From NCBI GenBank assembly GCA_038858525.1, contig JAWCFL010000020.1, forward strand, positions 5,473 to 15,702: DNA of 10,230 nucleotides, given 5' to 3'. The notes beneath the pieces are model-generated. The model was not told where the DNA came from, did not search any database, and saw only the letters and a list, made by a program, of their open reading frames with translations. Below, piece by piece: positions 1 to 7,298 of this stretch. Each line of letters opens with the position of its first letter. The first letter of the stretch is position 1. Made by a program: the position numbers and the translations under genes. Origin of the DNA: Candidatus Jordarchaeales archaeon. Its GTDB lineage: Archaea; Asgardarchaeota; Jordiarchaeia; Jordiarchaeales; Freyrarchaeaceae.

Positions 1-2
1 TA

Positions 3-1121
3 AGCAGAGACAAGGATCCGAGGGAGCTCAAGCCAGACGAGATAGTAACGCTGGTGAGGAAGATGAAGACCTACAAGGAGTTCCTCCCTCCTGACGCTAA
101 ATGCCTCTCACCTTTAGGGGAGGAACTCTTGGAGGCGGGGATACGCAAGGAACTTAACCCCGACTTCGTCAAGGTCGTCCAGCGTCCACCATCCTCATAC
201 GGAGGACACCCCTTCATAGTCGAAGTGGGCATAGCGTATGGAGGAGGGGTTCCGCGTAGCGAGGAGATTATTCTTTACAGGTTTGCCAATAAGATCCCCC
301 TCCTCTTTGATGAATACAAGGACGTGTCAGCCAAGGTAATAAGGTCGATTAAGTGGTCGAGGTATAGGATAAAGCCAGGGATGCCTATAGCAATTTTCGT
401 TCATTTGGTCAGCACGAACATACCATTTAAAACCGCGGGGAAAGAGTTCATTGCGGACCGGCCGGAGTTAGAGGTCGAGATAAGACGCGGCATCTTAGAG
501 TGCGCTCGCGCGCTCATGCGCTACATTCAGAGAAAAGAGAGAGTTGCCCGAGAAAAACAGAGGCTCAGCATATACGAGAAGTTTTTACCATTAATAGTTA
601 GAGACATAACGATTTTAGCCGGGGAAGAGAAAGAACCAGACTATACTGTATTACTTGAGAAGTATAAGATGATAACGGAGGAAGAAATTGCAGGGGGGGA
701 GGGAGCCATGGAAGAAGAGTTTGAAGAGGGGGAAGTTGTTCCCTCTCTGGAAGAGCTCGAGGAGGAGGGTGTAGCTGTAGAAATGGACTTAACAGTTGAA
801 GGCGAAGATGCCGCTGAAGAAGTTACCGAAGAAAGATTTGTTGAGGGAGAAACGGTACCGGAACTTGAAACTCATTTAGAACAATACGGTGTGCCTGAGG
901 ACAGTGAAATCCCACTTACAGATAATCCAGGGTCTGCCTTAGAAGTTAAGCCAGCCGAAGCTTCACATAAGAAAGTTGTAAGGAAAAAGGCTGAGAAAGA
1001 AAAAGTAAAGGAGGAAGGGTCGTCGTCCTCCAAGGCTAAGAGGTCCTCCTCTAAGAGTGGAGGGAGGGCTAAGCCGGCTAGGAAATCTGATAAAAAGAAG
1101 GAAAGTGAAGCGAAGGAGTGA
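3..1121 (+). CDS. top6B: DNA topoisomerase VI subunit B, 3' part (gene starts left of the window), with a long acidic/basic C-terminal tail
   Basis: The frame is open from nt 3 (SRDKDPRELKPDEIVTLVRKMK...), so GTG 54 is not the real start. Transducer-domain motifs seen: FLPPDAKCLSPLGEE, RPPSSYGGHPFIVEVGIAYGG, LYRFANKIPLLFD, VHLVSTNIPFKTAGKE. It lies directly upstream of top6A. Stop TGA 1119-1121. Confidence 0.96.
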   Translation, partial: SRDKDPRELKPDEIVTLVRKMKTYKEFLPPDAKCLSPLGEELLEAGIRKELNPDFVKVVQRPPSSYGGHPFIVEVGIAYGGGVPRSEEIILYRFANKIPLLFDEYKDVSAKVIRSIKWSRYRIKPGMPIAIFVHLVSTNIPFKTAGKEFIADRPELEVEIRRGILECARALMRYIQRKERVAREKQRLSIYEKFLPLIVRDITILAGEEKEPDYTVLLEKYKMITEEEIAGGEGAMEEEFEEGEVVPSLEELEEEGVAVEMDLTVEGEDAAEEVTEERFVEGETVPELETHLEQYGVPEDSEIPLTDNPGSALEVKPAEASHKKVVRKKAEKEKVKEEGSSSSKAKRSSSKSGGRAKPARKSDKKKESEAKE

Positions 1122-1122
1122 T
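1115..1122 (+). promoter_or_regulatory. Shine-Dalgarno site of top6A, overlapping the top6B stop
   Basis: GGAGTGAT at 1115-1122, 5 nt before ATG 1128. It resembles the archaeal GGAGGTGAT consensus and supports the long Top6A N-terminus. Confidence 0.7.
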
Positions 1123-1127
1123 CGAGA

Positions 1128-2453
1128 ATGGGAGAAGCGTCCACTATTCTCTCTGCCATGTCGAGGAACTGGAGTAGAGTTGATGGCATTGCCAAGAAGG
1201 CAGGGGTAAATGTTGATTCAGCGCTGAAGATGTTAGAGGAGCTTACGGCTGAAGGGCTGGTCGAGTCAACCGTTAAGGACGGCGTAACATTATGGCGGCT
1301 CTCGGCGGCTGAAGCGAGACGTAGAAGGCTCATAGAGAGGGAGAAGCTGGAATACGAGAAGGAGCAAGAGCTTAGAGCCAGGATCGAGGAGAACTTGACG
1401 CTTGTTGGCAAAAGGCTTTACGAGGAGCTTCTAAAAGGCGAGTTTCCGTCAATAGAGATACCCAGCAGGAGCACTTCAAACATAGTTTTTGACAGTGAGC
1501 TCGGGCAATACGTGTTGGGCGACAAAAAAATCCTTAGAACAGCTAAAAGCCTTGGCCAAATAAAAAGCTTCACTCAACTAATATGGGTTATGAGGTTCGT
1601 CAAAGAGCTTCTTAAGATGGGGAAGAGCAGTACTCTGAGAGACGTCTATTACAGTAGTGAGGCCTTTGGAGTCAAGTTTAAGGATCAGCAAGAATCGGAC
1701 ATCTGCATAACCGAAGTGGAGGCCGTGATGAAGGTTCCTCGAGAAGACTTCAGGGTTTTCCCCGAGGAGAGAAGCGCCGTGTATGGCGACCTCGTAGTGG
1801 AGTATACGACGCCAGCTAAATATGCAGGCAAGCAAGTTGCCATGAACGAAAACCCTGACGGCGTAATGATAGGGCCACACTTAGTGAACGCTAAGTTTGT
1901 GAAAACCAGTGCCGACAAGGTCATAGCTATAGAGTGTGGTGGCATGTTTACAAGATTTGTTGAAGAGGAAGTTCACGAGAAGTTTAACGCCATACTTGTA
2001 CACACGGCAGGACAGGCGCCAAGGTCCACTAGACGGTTCATAAGGCGTCTCCATTACGAGCTAGGCTTACCCGTCTACATATTTACGGACGGCGACCCGT
2101 GGGGGGCGCATATAGCAATGGTCATAATAAGTGGTAGCGCAGCCGCAGCCCACCTAGTGGGGCTGGCAACCCCCAGCGCCATCTGGATGGGGGTTTGGGC
2201 GTCAGACATAGAACATTATAATCTTCCAACAGACAAGCTCACAGACCTCGACGTGAAAAGATGTAGGGAGCTACTGAGGGACCCAAGATACCAGACGCCC
2301 TTCTGGCAAAGAGAGCTGAAAAAGTTCCTCGAGCTTGACAGGAAAGCTGAGCAGCAATCCTTCAGTAGGTACGGTTTAACATACGTTGTAGATGAATACC
2401 TCCCGAAAAAGTTTAAGGAAATAGAGGAAATGAAAAGGAAAGGCTTACTGTGA
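1128..2453 (+). CDS. top6A: DNA topoisomerase VI subunit A (Spo11 family), with an N-terminal extension
   Basis: Catalytic WHD motif STLRDVYY (Tyr175, nt 1650-1652), TOPRIM Glu in IAIECGGMF (E269), DxD in FTDGDPWG (D321/D323), GQAPRSTRRFIRRL and C-terminal KAEQQ. 441 aa. Confidence 0.97.
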   Translation: MGEASTILSAMSRNWSRVDGIAKKAGVNVDSALKMLEELTAEGLVESTVKDGVTLWRLSAAEARRRRLIEREKLEYEKEQELRARIEENLTLVGKRLYEELLKGEFPSIEIPSRSTSNIVFDSELGQYVLGDKKILRTAKSLGQIKSFTQLIWVMRFVKELLKMGKSSTLRDVYYSSEAFGVKFKDQQESDICITEVEAVMKVPREDFRVFPEERSAVYGDLVVEYTTPAKYAGKQVAMNENPDGVMIGPHLVNAKFVKTSADKVIAIECGGMFTRFVEEEVHEKFNAILVHTAGQAPRSTRRFIRRLHYELGLPVYIFTDGDPWGAHIAMVIISGSAAAAHLVGLATPSAIWMGVWASDIEHYNLPTDKLTDLDVKRCRELLRDPRYQTPFWQRELKKFLELDRKAEQQSFSRYGLTYVVDEYLPKKFKEIEEMKRKGLL

Positions 2454-2460
2454 AGCTATG

Positions 2461-2471
2461 AACGAAAAACA
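2461..2471 (-). terminator. Possible oligo-T terminator for the UPF0280 gene
   Basis: The minus strand reads TGTTTTTCGTT about 60 nt after the stop codon, in the gap between convergent genes. Archaeal termination at U-tracts is established, but this tract is short. Confidence 0.3.
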
Positions 2472-2533
2472 CAAGACTCCTTAAAGCCAAACTGCCAAAC
2501 AGCCCTTTGCTCCATTTTGCTTCAACACCGTTA

Positions 2534-3286
2534 TTATATTATTCTTGGTGGTAGGTAATCCTCAACTTCTTTAACTGTTTCTACGATGTCTCCTTTTACT
2601 CTGACTATCTTCGGAAGCCTTCCCACTATTCCAGCATACTCTCCCATGATGACTAAGGCTCCCCGTACTCCCTCTATTTCCTCCGCTACCTCCAACCCTG
2701 CCTGAACAGCTTTCTCAGGGTCATCTCCTTTGACAGCGTTGCCAACGGCGGTCGCTGCAGCGTCTGCCAACGCAGCATTTTCTGCCACCACTGTTGCGGC
2801 GTCTGCCACGCCAAAGCTAAGAGCATGCCCAACTGTTCCTGAGCTCGTCCCAACACCTAGAGGCATGTCTTCCCTCAATAGCTGGAACGCGAGCTTTCCG
2901 GAAAGAGAAGACCTGCCAGCGAGTATCCCTATAGTTACGGGCTTCTCCGAGTTGGCGGAGACCTCTCCTCCATCTTCAACCACGGCCACCCTTGTCCTGG
3001 CGAGCATTGCCTCGACGGATAAATCAGCTAGGGCTCCAGCTACTGCCGCCATGGGACCAACACCTGCTTTAAGAGCTGCCTCAGCCATCCGCTTAGCAAC
3101 CTCTGGCGCATCGCCACGCACTTCCAGGGGCTCCAGTGAATGAAGGAAAGCAGGGTGCCTTCTAATATATGCTTCGAGAAGTCTCCTGTGATTCCTGAGC
3201 GCTGTCACAGCTTCTTTTACAGCCTCGTAGGAGTCCGTTACAACAACTATCTTAGACTCCTTTAGGGTATACCTGACCCTTATCAC
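2534..3286 (-). CDS. UPF0280 family protein (ApbE-like superfamily), function uncertain
   Basis: Family motifs LEAYIRRHPAFLHSLEP, GVGPMAAVAGALAD, EDGGE, GVGTSSGTVGHALSFG and ADAAATAVGN. GTG start with GGAGGCG at 3298-3292. Confidence 0.9.
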   Translation of the reverse strand: MIRVRYTLKESKIVVVTDSYEAVKEAVTALRNHRRLLEAYIRRHPAFLHSLEPLEVRGDAPEVAKRMAEAALKAGVGPMAAVAGALADLSVEAMLARTRVAVVEDGGEVSANSEKPVTIGILAGRSSLSGKLAFQLLREDMPLGVGTSSGTVGHALSFGVADAATVVAENAALADAAATAVGNAVKGDDPEKAVQAGLEVAEEIEGVRGALVIMGEYAGIVGRLPKIVRVKGDIVETVKEVEDYLPPRII

Positions 3287-3445
3287 TTCAACGCCTCCAA
3301 GAGTTCGCCGATACTTTTTAATCTATCTTGGAAACTTTTAACTTTTTACTAACCTTCTCTTGGCTGGCGCCGTCAAAGGAGAACGCGAACGTGTTCGTCA
3401 TCCTCGCAAAGTACTCTAATTTTTCTCGGTGGTTTTTGGTTAACA

Positions 3446-3453
3446 TTTATAAG
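3446..3453 (+). promoter_or_regulatory. Candidate TATA box for thrS
   Basis: TTTATAAG ends 46 nt before ATG 3499, in the divergent intergenic region. SD-like GGGGTG at 3487-3492. Confidence 0.55.
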
Positions 3454-3498
3454 CTTCGCATACTTTTTGAGGGTTAAGCTCTTTTAGGGGTGCTCTGA

Positions 3499-5340
3499 AT
3501 GAGAATGCTTCTGATACACGCTGACACTTTCTCCTATGAGGTGACCGAGAAGACCCCTATAGCTGAAGAGATCGGAGAGGAGGCTAGGAAGGGCTCGTCT
3601 AAGGATTGCCTCGTTGTTTTTTCAGCTGTAGAAAGAGGCGACGAGAAGAACGTGGAAGATGTCGTCAGCCAAGCTGTGGATGAAGTTAGACGGGTCGCAG
3701 AGCAAGTTGGAACCAAGAACATAGTTGTTTACCCCTACGCTCACCTCTCGTCAAACCTATCAGACCCAGAAACAGCCATAAAAGTGCTCAGAGGAGTAAG
3801 CGAGTCTCTCTCAAAGTATTACTCCGTGCTCAGAGCCCCCTTCGGATACTACAAATCCTTTAATATTTTGTGCAAGGGGCACCCTCTCTCAGAGCTCTCA
3901 AGGGAAGTTAGGCCGAGGGAGGAAGCTAAAGCGGTTAAGGGAGCTAAGCGTTTCCTCGTAGTCACTCCGAGTGGTGAGGAGGTGAGCCCCGAGGATTATC
4001 TTGCCACGGCGGCTAGGGACGAGTTCGCTGTGCTTGTGGAGAGAGAAGCGCTTGGCAAGAGCGGCGAGGGGATTCCCGGAGAGCCCGAGTTCATATCCAT
4101 TGTTAAGAAGTTCCAGATGAACTGGGAGGAATTCTCTGACAGGGGCCACATGAGGTTTGGTCCTGCAGGAGACTTGCTCTTCAGCCTTGTAGCTGACTAC
4201 TCCAGCCAGATAGTTAGGGAGCTCGGCATCCCCGTGTACTTTGTTAGGGGAACGAACATGTTTGACCTTTCGAGGAAGCCTGTGAGAGAGCACGCCGAGC
4301 TCTTCGGTGACAGGCTTTACCAGCTCGAAGTGGAAAGAAGAATGTATGTTATGCGGTATGCTGCCTGCCACCAGCAGTTTTCGATGCTCAAGGACTGGAC
4401 GATAAGCTACAGGAACCTTCCCTTCGGCGTCTTCGAGGTTGCTGATAGCTACAGGCTAGAGCAGAGCGGCGAGCTCCTGCTTTGCTTCAGGACGCGAAAG
4501 CTCCACATGCCAGACCTCCACGTTATCTGTCGTGATGAAAAGGAAGCGTGGGAGTGGTTCCACAAGATAAATGAAAGAATATTTAGGGAAATGGAGTCCC
4601 TTGGGAGAAATTACGAGTTGCTAGTGAACTTGACCTCTGAGGAGTTCTACAGAAAAAATAAGGATGAAGTGCTCAAGTTGGCGAAGACGCGAGAGAAGAA
4701 CCTTCTCCTCTGCTTCTATCCTCCGGGAGTCAACTACTACTGGTATATAAACGTCGAATACCACATCTTAGACGACCTAGGGAGGCCTAGGGAGATCGGA
4801 ACAGTGCAAATAGACTTCGGCAACAGCAGAAGGTTCGGCATAAAGTATATTGATGCAAACGGTGAGGAAAAATATCCCTACATAATACACACGGCGATAA
4901 TAGGGACCATTGAAAGATACCTCTATACGCTCTTCGACACTGCAGTTAAGATGAGGAAGGAAGGCAAGGCGCCCATGCTTCCCGTCTGGCTCTCCCCAGT
5001 GCAGGTCAGGCTGATCCCCGTATCGGAGAGGCATATTGAGTACTCTGAGAAGCTGGCTGACGAGCTCAGAGATTTCAGGGTCGACGTGGATGACAGAAGC
5101 GAGACGGTGAGCAGAAGGGTGAGACAGGCTGAGGAGGAATGGATACCCTACGTGGTGGTGATAGGAGACAGGGAAGTTGAAGGAGGCAAGTTAAAGGTTA
5201 GAATTAGAGCTGAACGAGCCGAGAGAGAGTTAACGTTTGAGGAGTTAAGGGAGCGCCTGAAAGCCGATGTTGCAGGAAAGCCGTTCAGACCCCTACCTTA
5301 CCCATTACGAGTATCTCAAAGACCAATCTTCGCAGTGTAA
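3499..5340 (+). CDS. thrS: Threonine--tRNA ligase, archaeal full-length type (DTD-like N-terminal editing domain, class II core, anticodon domain)
   Basis: Editing domain MRMLLIHAD...VVYPYAHLSS...RAPFGYYKSF..CKGHPLSELSR. Zn ligands in RYAACHQQF (Cys), HMPDLH (His) and IIHTAIIGTIERY (His, motif 3). Anticodon domain RVDVDDRSETVSRRVRQAEEEWIPYVVVIGDRE. Confidence 0.97.
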   Translation: MRMLLIHADTFSYEVTEKTPIAEEIGEEARKGSSKDCLVVFSAVERGDEKNVEDVVSQAVDEVRRVAEQVGTKNIVVYPYAHLSSNLSDPETAIKVLRGVSESLSKYYSVLRAPFGYYKSFNILCKGHPLSELSREVRPREEAKAVKGAKRFLVVTPSGEEVSPEDYLATAARDEFAVLVEREALGKSGEGIPGEPEFISIVKKFQMNWEEFSDRGHMRFGPAGDLLFSLVADYSSQIVRELGIPVYFVRGTNMFDLSRKPVREHAELFGDRLYQLEVERRMYVMRYAACHQQFSMLKDWTISYRNLPFGVFEVADSYRLEQSGELLLCFRTRKLHMPDLHVICRDEKEAWEWFHKINERIFREMESLGRNYELLVNLTSEEFYRKNKDEVLKLAKTREKNLLLCFYPPGVNYYWYINVEYHILDDLGRPREIGTVQIDFGNSRRFGIKYIDANGEEKYPYIIHTAIIGTIERYLYTLFDTAVKMRKEGKAPMLPVWLSPVQVRLIPVSERHIEYSEKLADELRDFRVDVDDRSETVSRRVRQAEEEWIPYVVVIGDREVEGGKLKVRIRAERAERELTFEELRERLKADVAGKPFRPLPYPLRVSQRPIFAV

Positions 5341-5355
5341 TGGAGGATCGGTTGC

Positions 5356-6543
5356 TTGGAGCAGACTTCCAGGAGAATAGTGCTCGCCTTATGCTCGGCT
5401 TCAGGCTTCATTGACTATTTGGGGTACGGCGTCATAGTCCCCCTACTCCCGCTTTACGCTACGGCGCTTGGCGCCGATGAAGTTGACTTAACGCTGATAT
5501 TCTCATCATACGCGGTAGTTCATCTTGCGTCAGCGTTGCCCTTCGGCTTCCTCTCTGACAAGTATGGGAGGCGTCCCTTCATAATCTTAGGCATATTGCT
5601 TCTATCAGCATCTTTCGCCGTTTTCCCTCTAGCTGGAAGCATACCTGCCCTCATATTTCTTAGAGCCATTCAAGGGCTAGCAGCATCTTTGATGTGGTCA
5701 TCGCTTAGTGCTCTAGTAGCGGACATATACACGGGTGAGCGGGGAGAAAAAATAGGGTTGTTTAACGCGTTCACAGCTAGCGGCTCAATAGTGGGGCCGG
5801 CGTTCGGCGGCGCTCTTGCCGAAATAAGTTTTTCACTTCCTTTCTTGACTGTTGCAGGCGTTTCCCTCACCTTAGGATGCTACATGTTGTTTAAGCTTAA
5901 GACACCCGTAGTTAGAGTGCCATCAACTCCTCCGCTTTCAGCCATCAGGAACGTTTTATCCGTTCGAAACATTCTCTTTCTCTTTGTAGCTGAAGCAGCC
6001 ATCTCGTCTCTTTATGGAGCGATGGAGCCCCTTCTCCCATCCTACCTTAGCGGACGTATAGCTATGTCCACAGCTGAGATTGGGTTAGCGATAAGCATCT
6101 CCTCCCTTTCATTCACTGTTCTTCAGCCATTCATAGGCCGTCTCTCTGATAGGTATGGAAGGCGCACGTTTATCATTCCTGGCTTCATCGTCCTAGCGGC
6201 CTCAACAGCCCTAATACCATTGGCGAGCAACGCCATCCAAGTTTACCTTGTCCTATGCCTTACTGGGGCCGCGTCAGCAGTCGCCTTCACCCCGATAACC
6301 CCCCTAATTTTAGACTCCCTAGACGAGGCTTCCCTCAAGAACTATGGCTTAACATCAAGCCTGTTTGGCATATCTTGGAGTAGCGGCTACGCCGCCGCCC
6401 CCATTACGGGTGGTCTAGTGGCAGCCTACCTGGGAATTTCAAGGCTCTTCTTTCTTCAGGCAATGATACTGGCGGTTGTTGGACTGCTGTCTATAAGAAT
6501 ACTTCGTGAACCAAAACAACGTTACGATAACGTTTTCTCATAA
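5356..6543 (+). CDS. Major facilitator superfamily transporter (DHA1/TetA-like efflux type), substrate unknown
   Basis: About 12 hydrophobic segments. MFS motif A occurs twice (GFLSDKYGRRP, GRLSDRYGRRT), RAIQG in TM4 and motif C-like GSIVGPAFGG. TTG start with GGAGG at 5342-5346. Confidence 0.92.
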   Translation: MEQTSRRIVLALCSASGFIDYLGYGVIVPLLPLYATALGADEVDLTLIFSSYAVVHLASALPFGFLSDKYGRRPFIILGILLLSASFAVFPLAGSIPALIFLRAIQGLAASLMWSSLSALVADIYTGERGEKIGLFNAFTASGSIVGPAFGGALAEISFSLPFLTVAGVSLTLGCYMLFKLKTPVVRVPSTPPLSAIRNVLSVRNILFLFVAEAAISSLYGAMEPLLPSYLSGRIAMSTAEIGLAISISSLSFTVLQPFIGRLSDRYGRRTFIIPGFIVLAASTALIPLASNAIQVYLVLCLTGAASAVAFTPITPLILDSLDEASLKNYGLTSSLFGISWSSGYAAAPITGGLVAAYLGISRLFFLQAMILAVVGLLSIRILREPKQRYDNVFS

Positions 6544-6644
6544 AATTATTTAGAATACAGCATTATTATTCTTATTTTTATATTCGAACTTTGAGAATTT
6601 TGCATTAATCATATTTTTCGATGAAAGATTTTTTATTTCAAAAA

Positions 6645-6659
6645 GAAAACCTTATAAAT
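6645..6659 (+). promoter_or_regulatory. BRE + TATA promoter of the wHTH-CARF gene
   Basis: GAAAAC followed by CTTATAAAT in an AT-rich intergenic region. SD GGGAGGT at 6692-6698 precedes TTG 6705. Confidence 0.65.
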
Positions 6660-6704
6660 CCTTTAACTTAACTATATTATTGAAACTATGCGGGAGGTTA
6701 ACAA

Positions 6705-7298
6705 TTGCTGATACTGGACAAAGAAGCAAGACACGGTATTAGAGGAAAAATACTACGTCTGCTCCTAGAAATGCGTGAAGCATCATTTCGGGACCTCCTC
6801 GTTAGGCTTCCCGTCACCACGCTAGACTTCCACCTAAGAGTCCTAAGGAAAGAACAAATAGTTGATGTAACAGATAGAGGTTACAGAGTGAATCCAGAGA
6901 AAGTACAGTATCTCAGAAATAAATTCAACATTAAAACGGATTTGATTCTGATCGCTGGAGTGGAAAACGAAAAAGACGTTGAATCCGTGGAAAAAGAGAC
7001 AGCTAGAGCGAATATAACCCCGAAGGAGTTCTTCTACGTAGCTGACTCAAGGGTTGCTGGTGCCCTAAGAGGCGCTGTCGAGAAGCGGGGCGGAGCCATG
7101 CTGGTGTTAAATTCGGAGAATCCGGAGAAAGCATTCAAGGAGCTCTCCAGGCTCGTAGAGGAAAAAATTTACAATGTGGAGCCGGTCATAAACCTCTCAT
7201 ATGCTAGTCGCCTCATGGCGATAGCCCTAATGAAATTAGGCGAAAGGTATGGCTTAAGGCGCTTCCTTACGTGTGATGGAGAAATCCTCTGGCTCTAA
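6705..7298 (+). CDS. Putative transcriptional regulator: N-terminal ArsR-like winged helix plus C-terminal CARF (Csa3-like Rossmann) domain
   Basis: Residues 7-63 are wHTH-like (HGIRGKILRLL...TTLDFHLRVLRKEQIV...GYRV). Residues 78-197 show alternating beta/alpha elements, with EPVINLSYASRLMAIAL matching the CARF motif [DN]L[ST]xGx[RK]. The wHTH call is about 0.8 and the CARF call about 0.65. Confidence 0.7.
   Translation: MLILDKEARHGIRGKILRLLLEMREASFRDLLVRLPVTTLDFHLRVLRKEQIVDVTDRGYRVNPEKVQYLRNKFNIKTDLILIAGVENEKDVESVEKETARANITPKEFFYVADSRVAGALRGAVEKRGGAMLVLNSENPEKAFKELSRLVEEKIYNVEPVINLSYASRLMAIALMKLGERYGLRRFLTCDGEILWL

Noticed and set aside
1140-1304. Top6A extra wHTH as a Z-DNA-binding Zalpha domain (similar size, terminal Trp)
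   Set aside because: The Zalpha Asn and Tyr positions in helix 3 align to Leu and Glu, and the Pro-Pro wing is absent. I keep it as a generic wHTH.
872-1411. 179-aa minus-strand Ser/Phe/Leu-rich ORF
   Set aside because: It is the antisense shadow of the purine-rich Glu/Lys codons in the Top6B tail and Top6A N-terminus, and shows no independent motifs.
1578-1945. Two overlapping minus-strand ORFs (100 aa and 86 aa)
   Set aside because: Both lie fully antisense to the conserved top6A core and have no recognisable family features.
2486-2524. Micro-repeats GCCAAAC-T-GCCAAAC-A-GCC and CTTTGCTCCA/TTTTGCTTCA
   Set aside because: Only two copies of 7-10 nt with no spacers. This is not a CRISPR array and is consistent with local slippage or chance.
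2730-3143. 137-aa plus-strand Ala-rich ORF
   Set aside because: It is the antisense shadow of the Ala-rich UPF0280 gene.
3377-3403. Small hairpin AGGA..GCGAA-CGTG-TTCGT..TCCT in the divergent promoter region
   Set aside because: Short interrupted stem with no T-box or other leader motif, and it lies upstream of the likely thrS TATA box.
3318-3446. 42-aa minus-strand ORF MLTKNHREKLEYFARMTNTFAFSFDGASQEKVSKKLKVSKID upstream of the UPF0280 gene
   Set aside because: No SD, the ATG overlaps the thrS TATA box, and an ORF of this length is within chance expectation. Ribo-seq would be needed to support it.
3534-5870. Minus-strand ORFs of 62, 157, 85 and 66 aa
   Set aside because: All are antisense to thrS or the MFS gene and lack coding features of their own.
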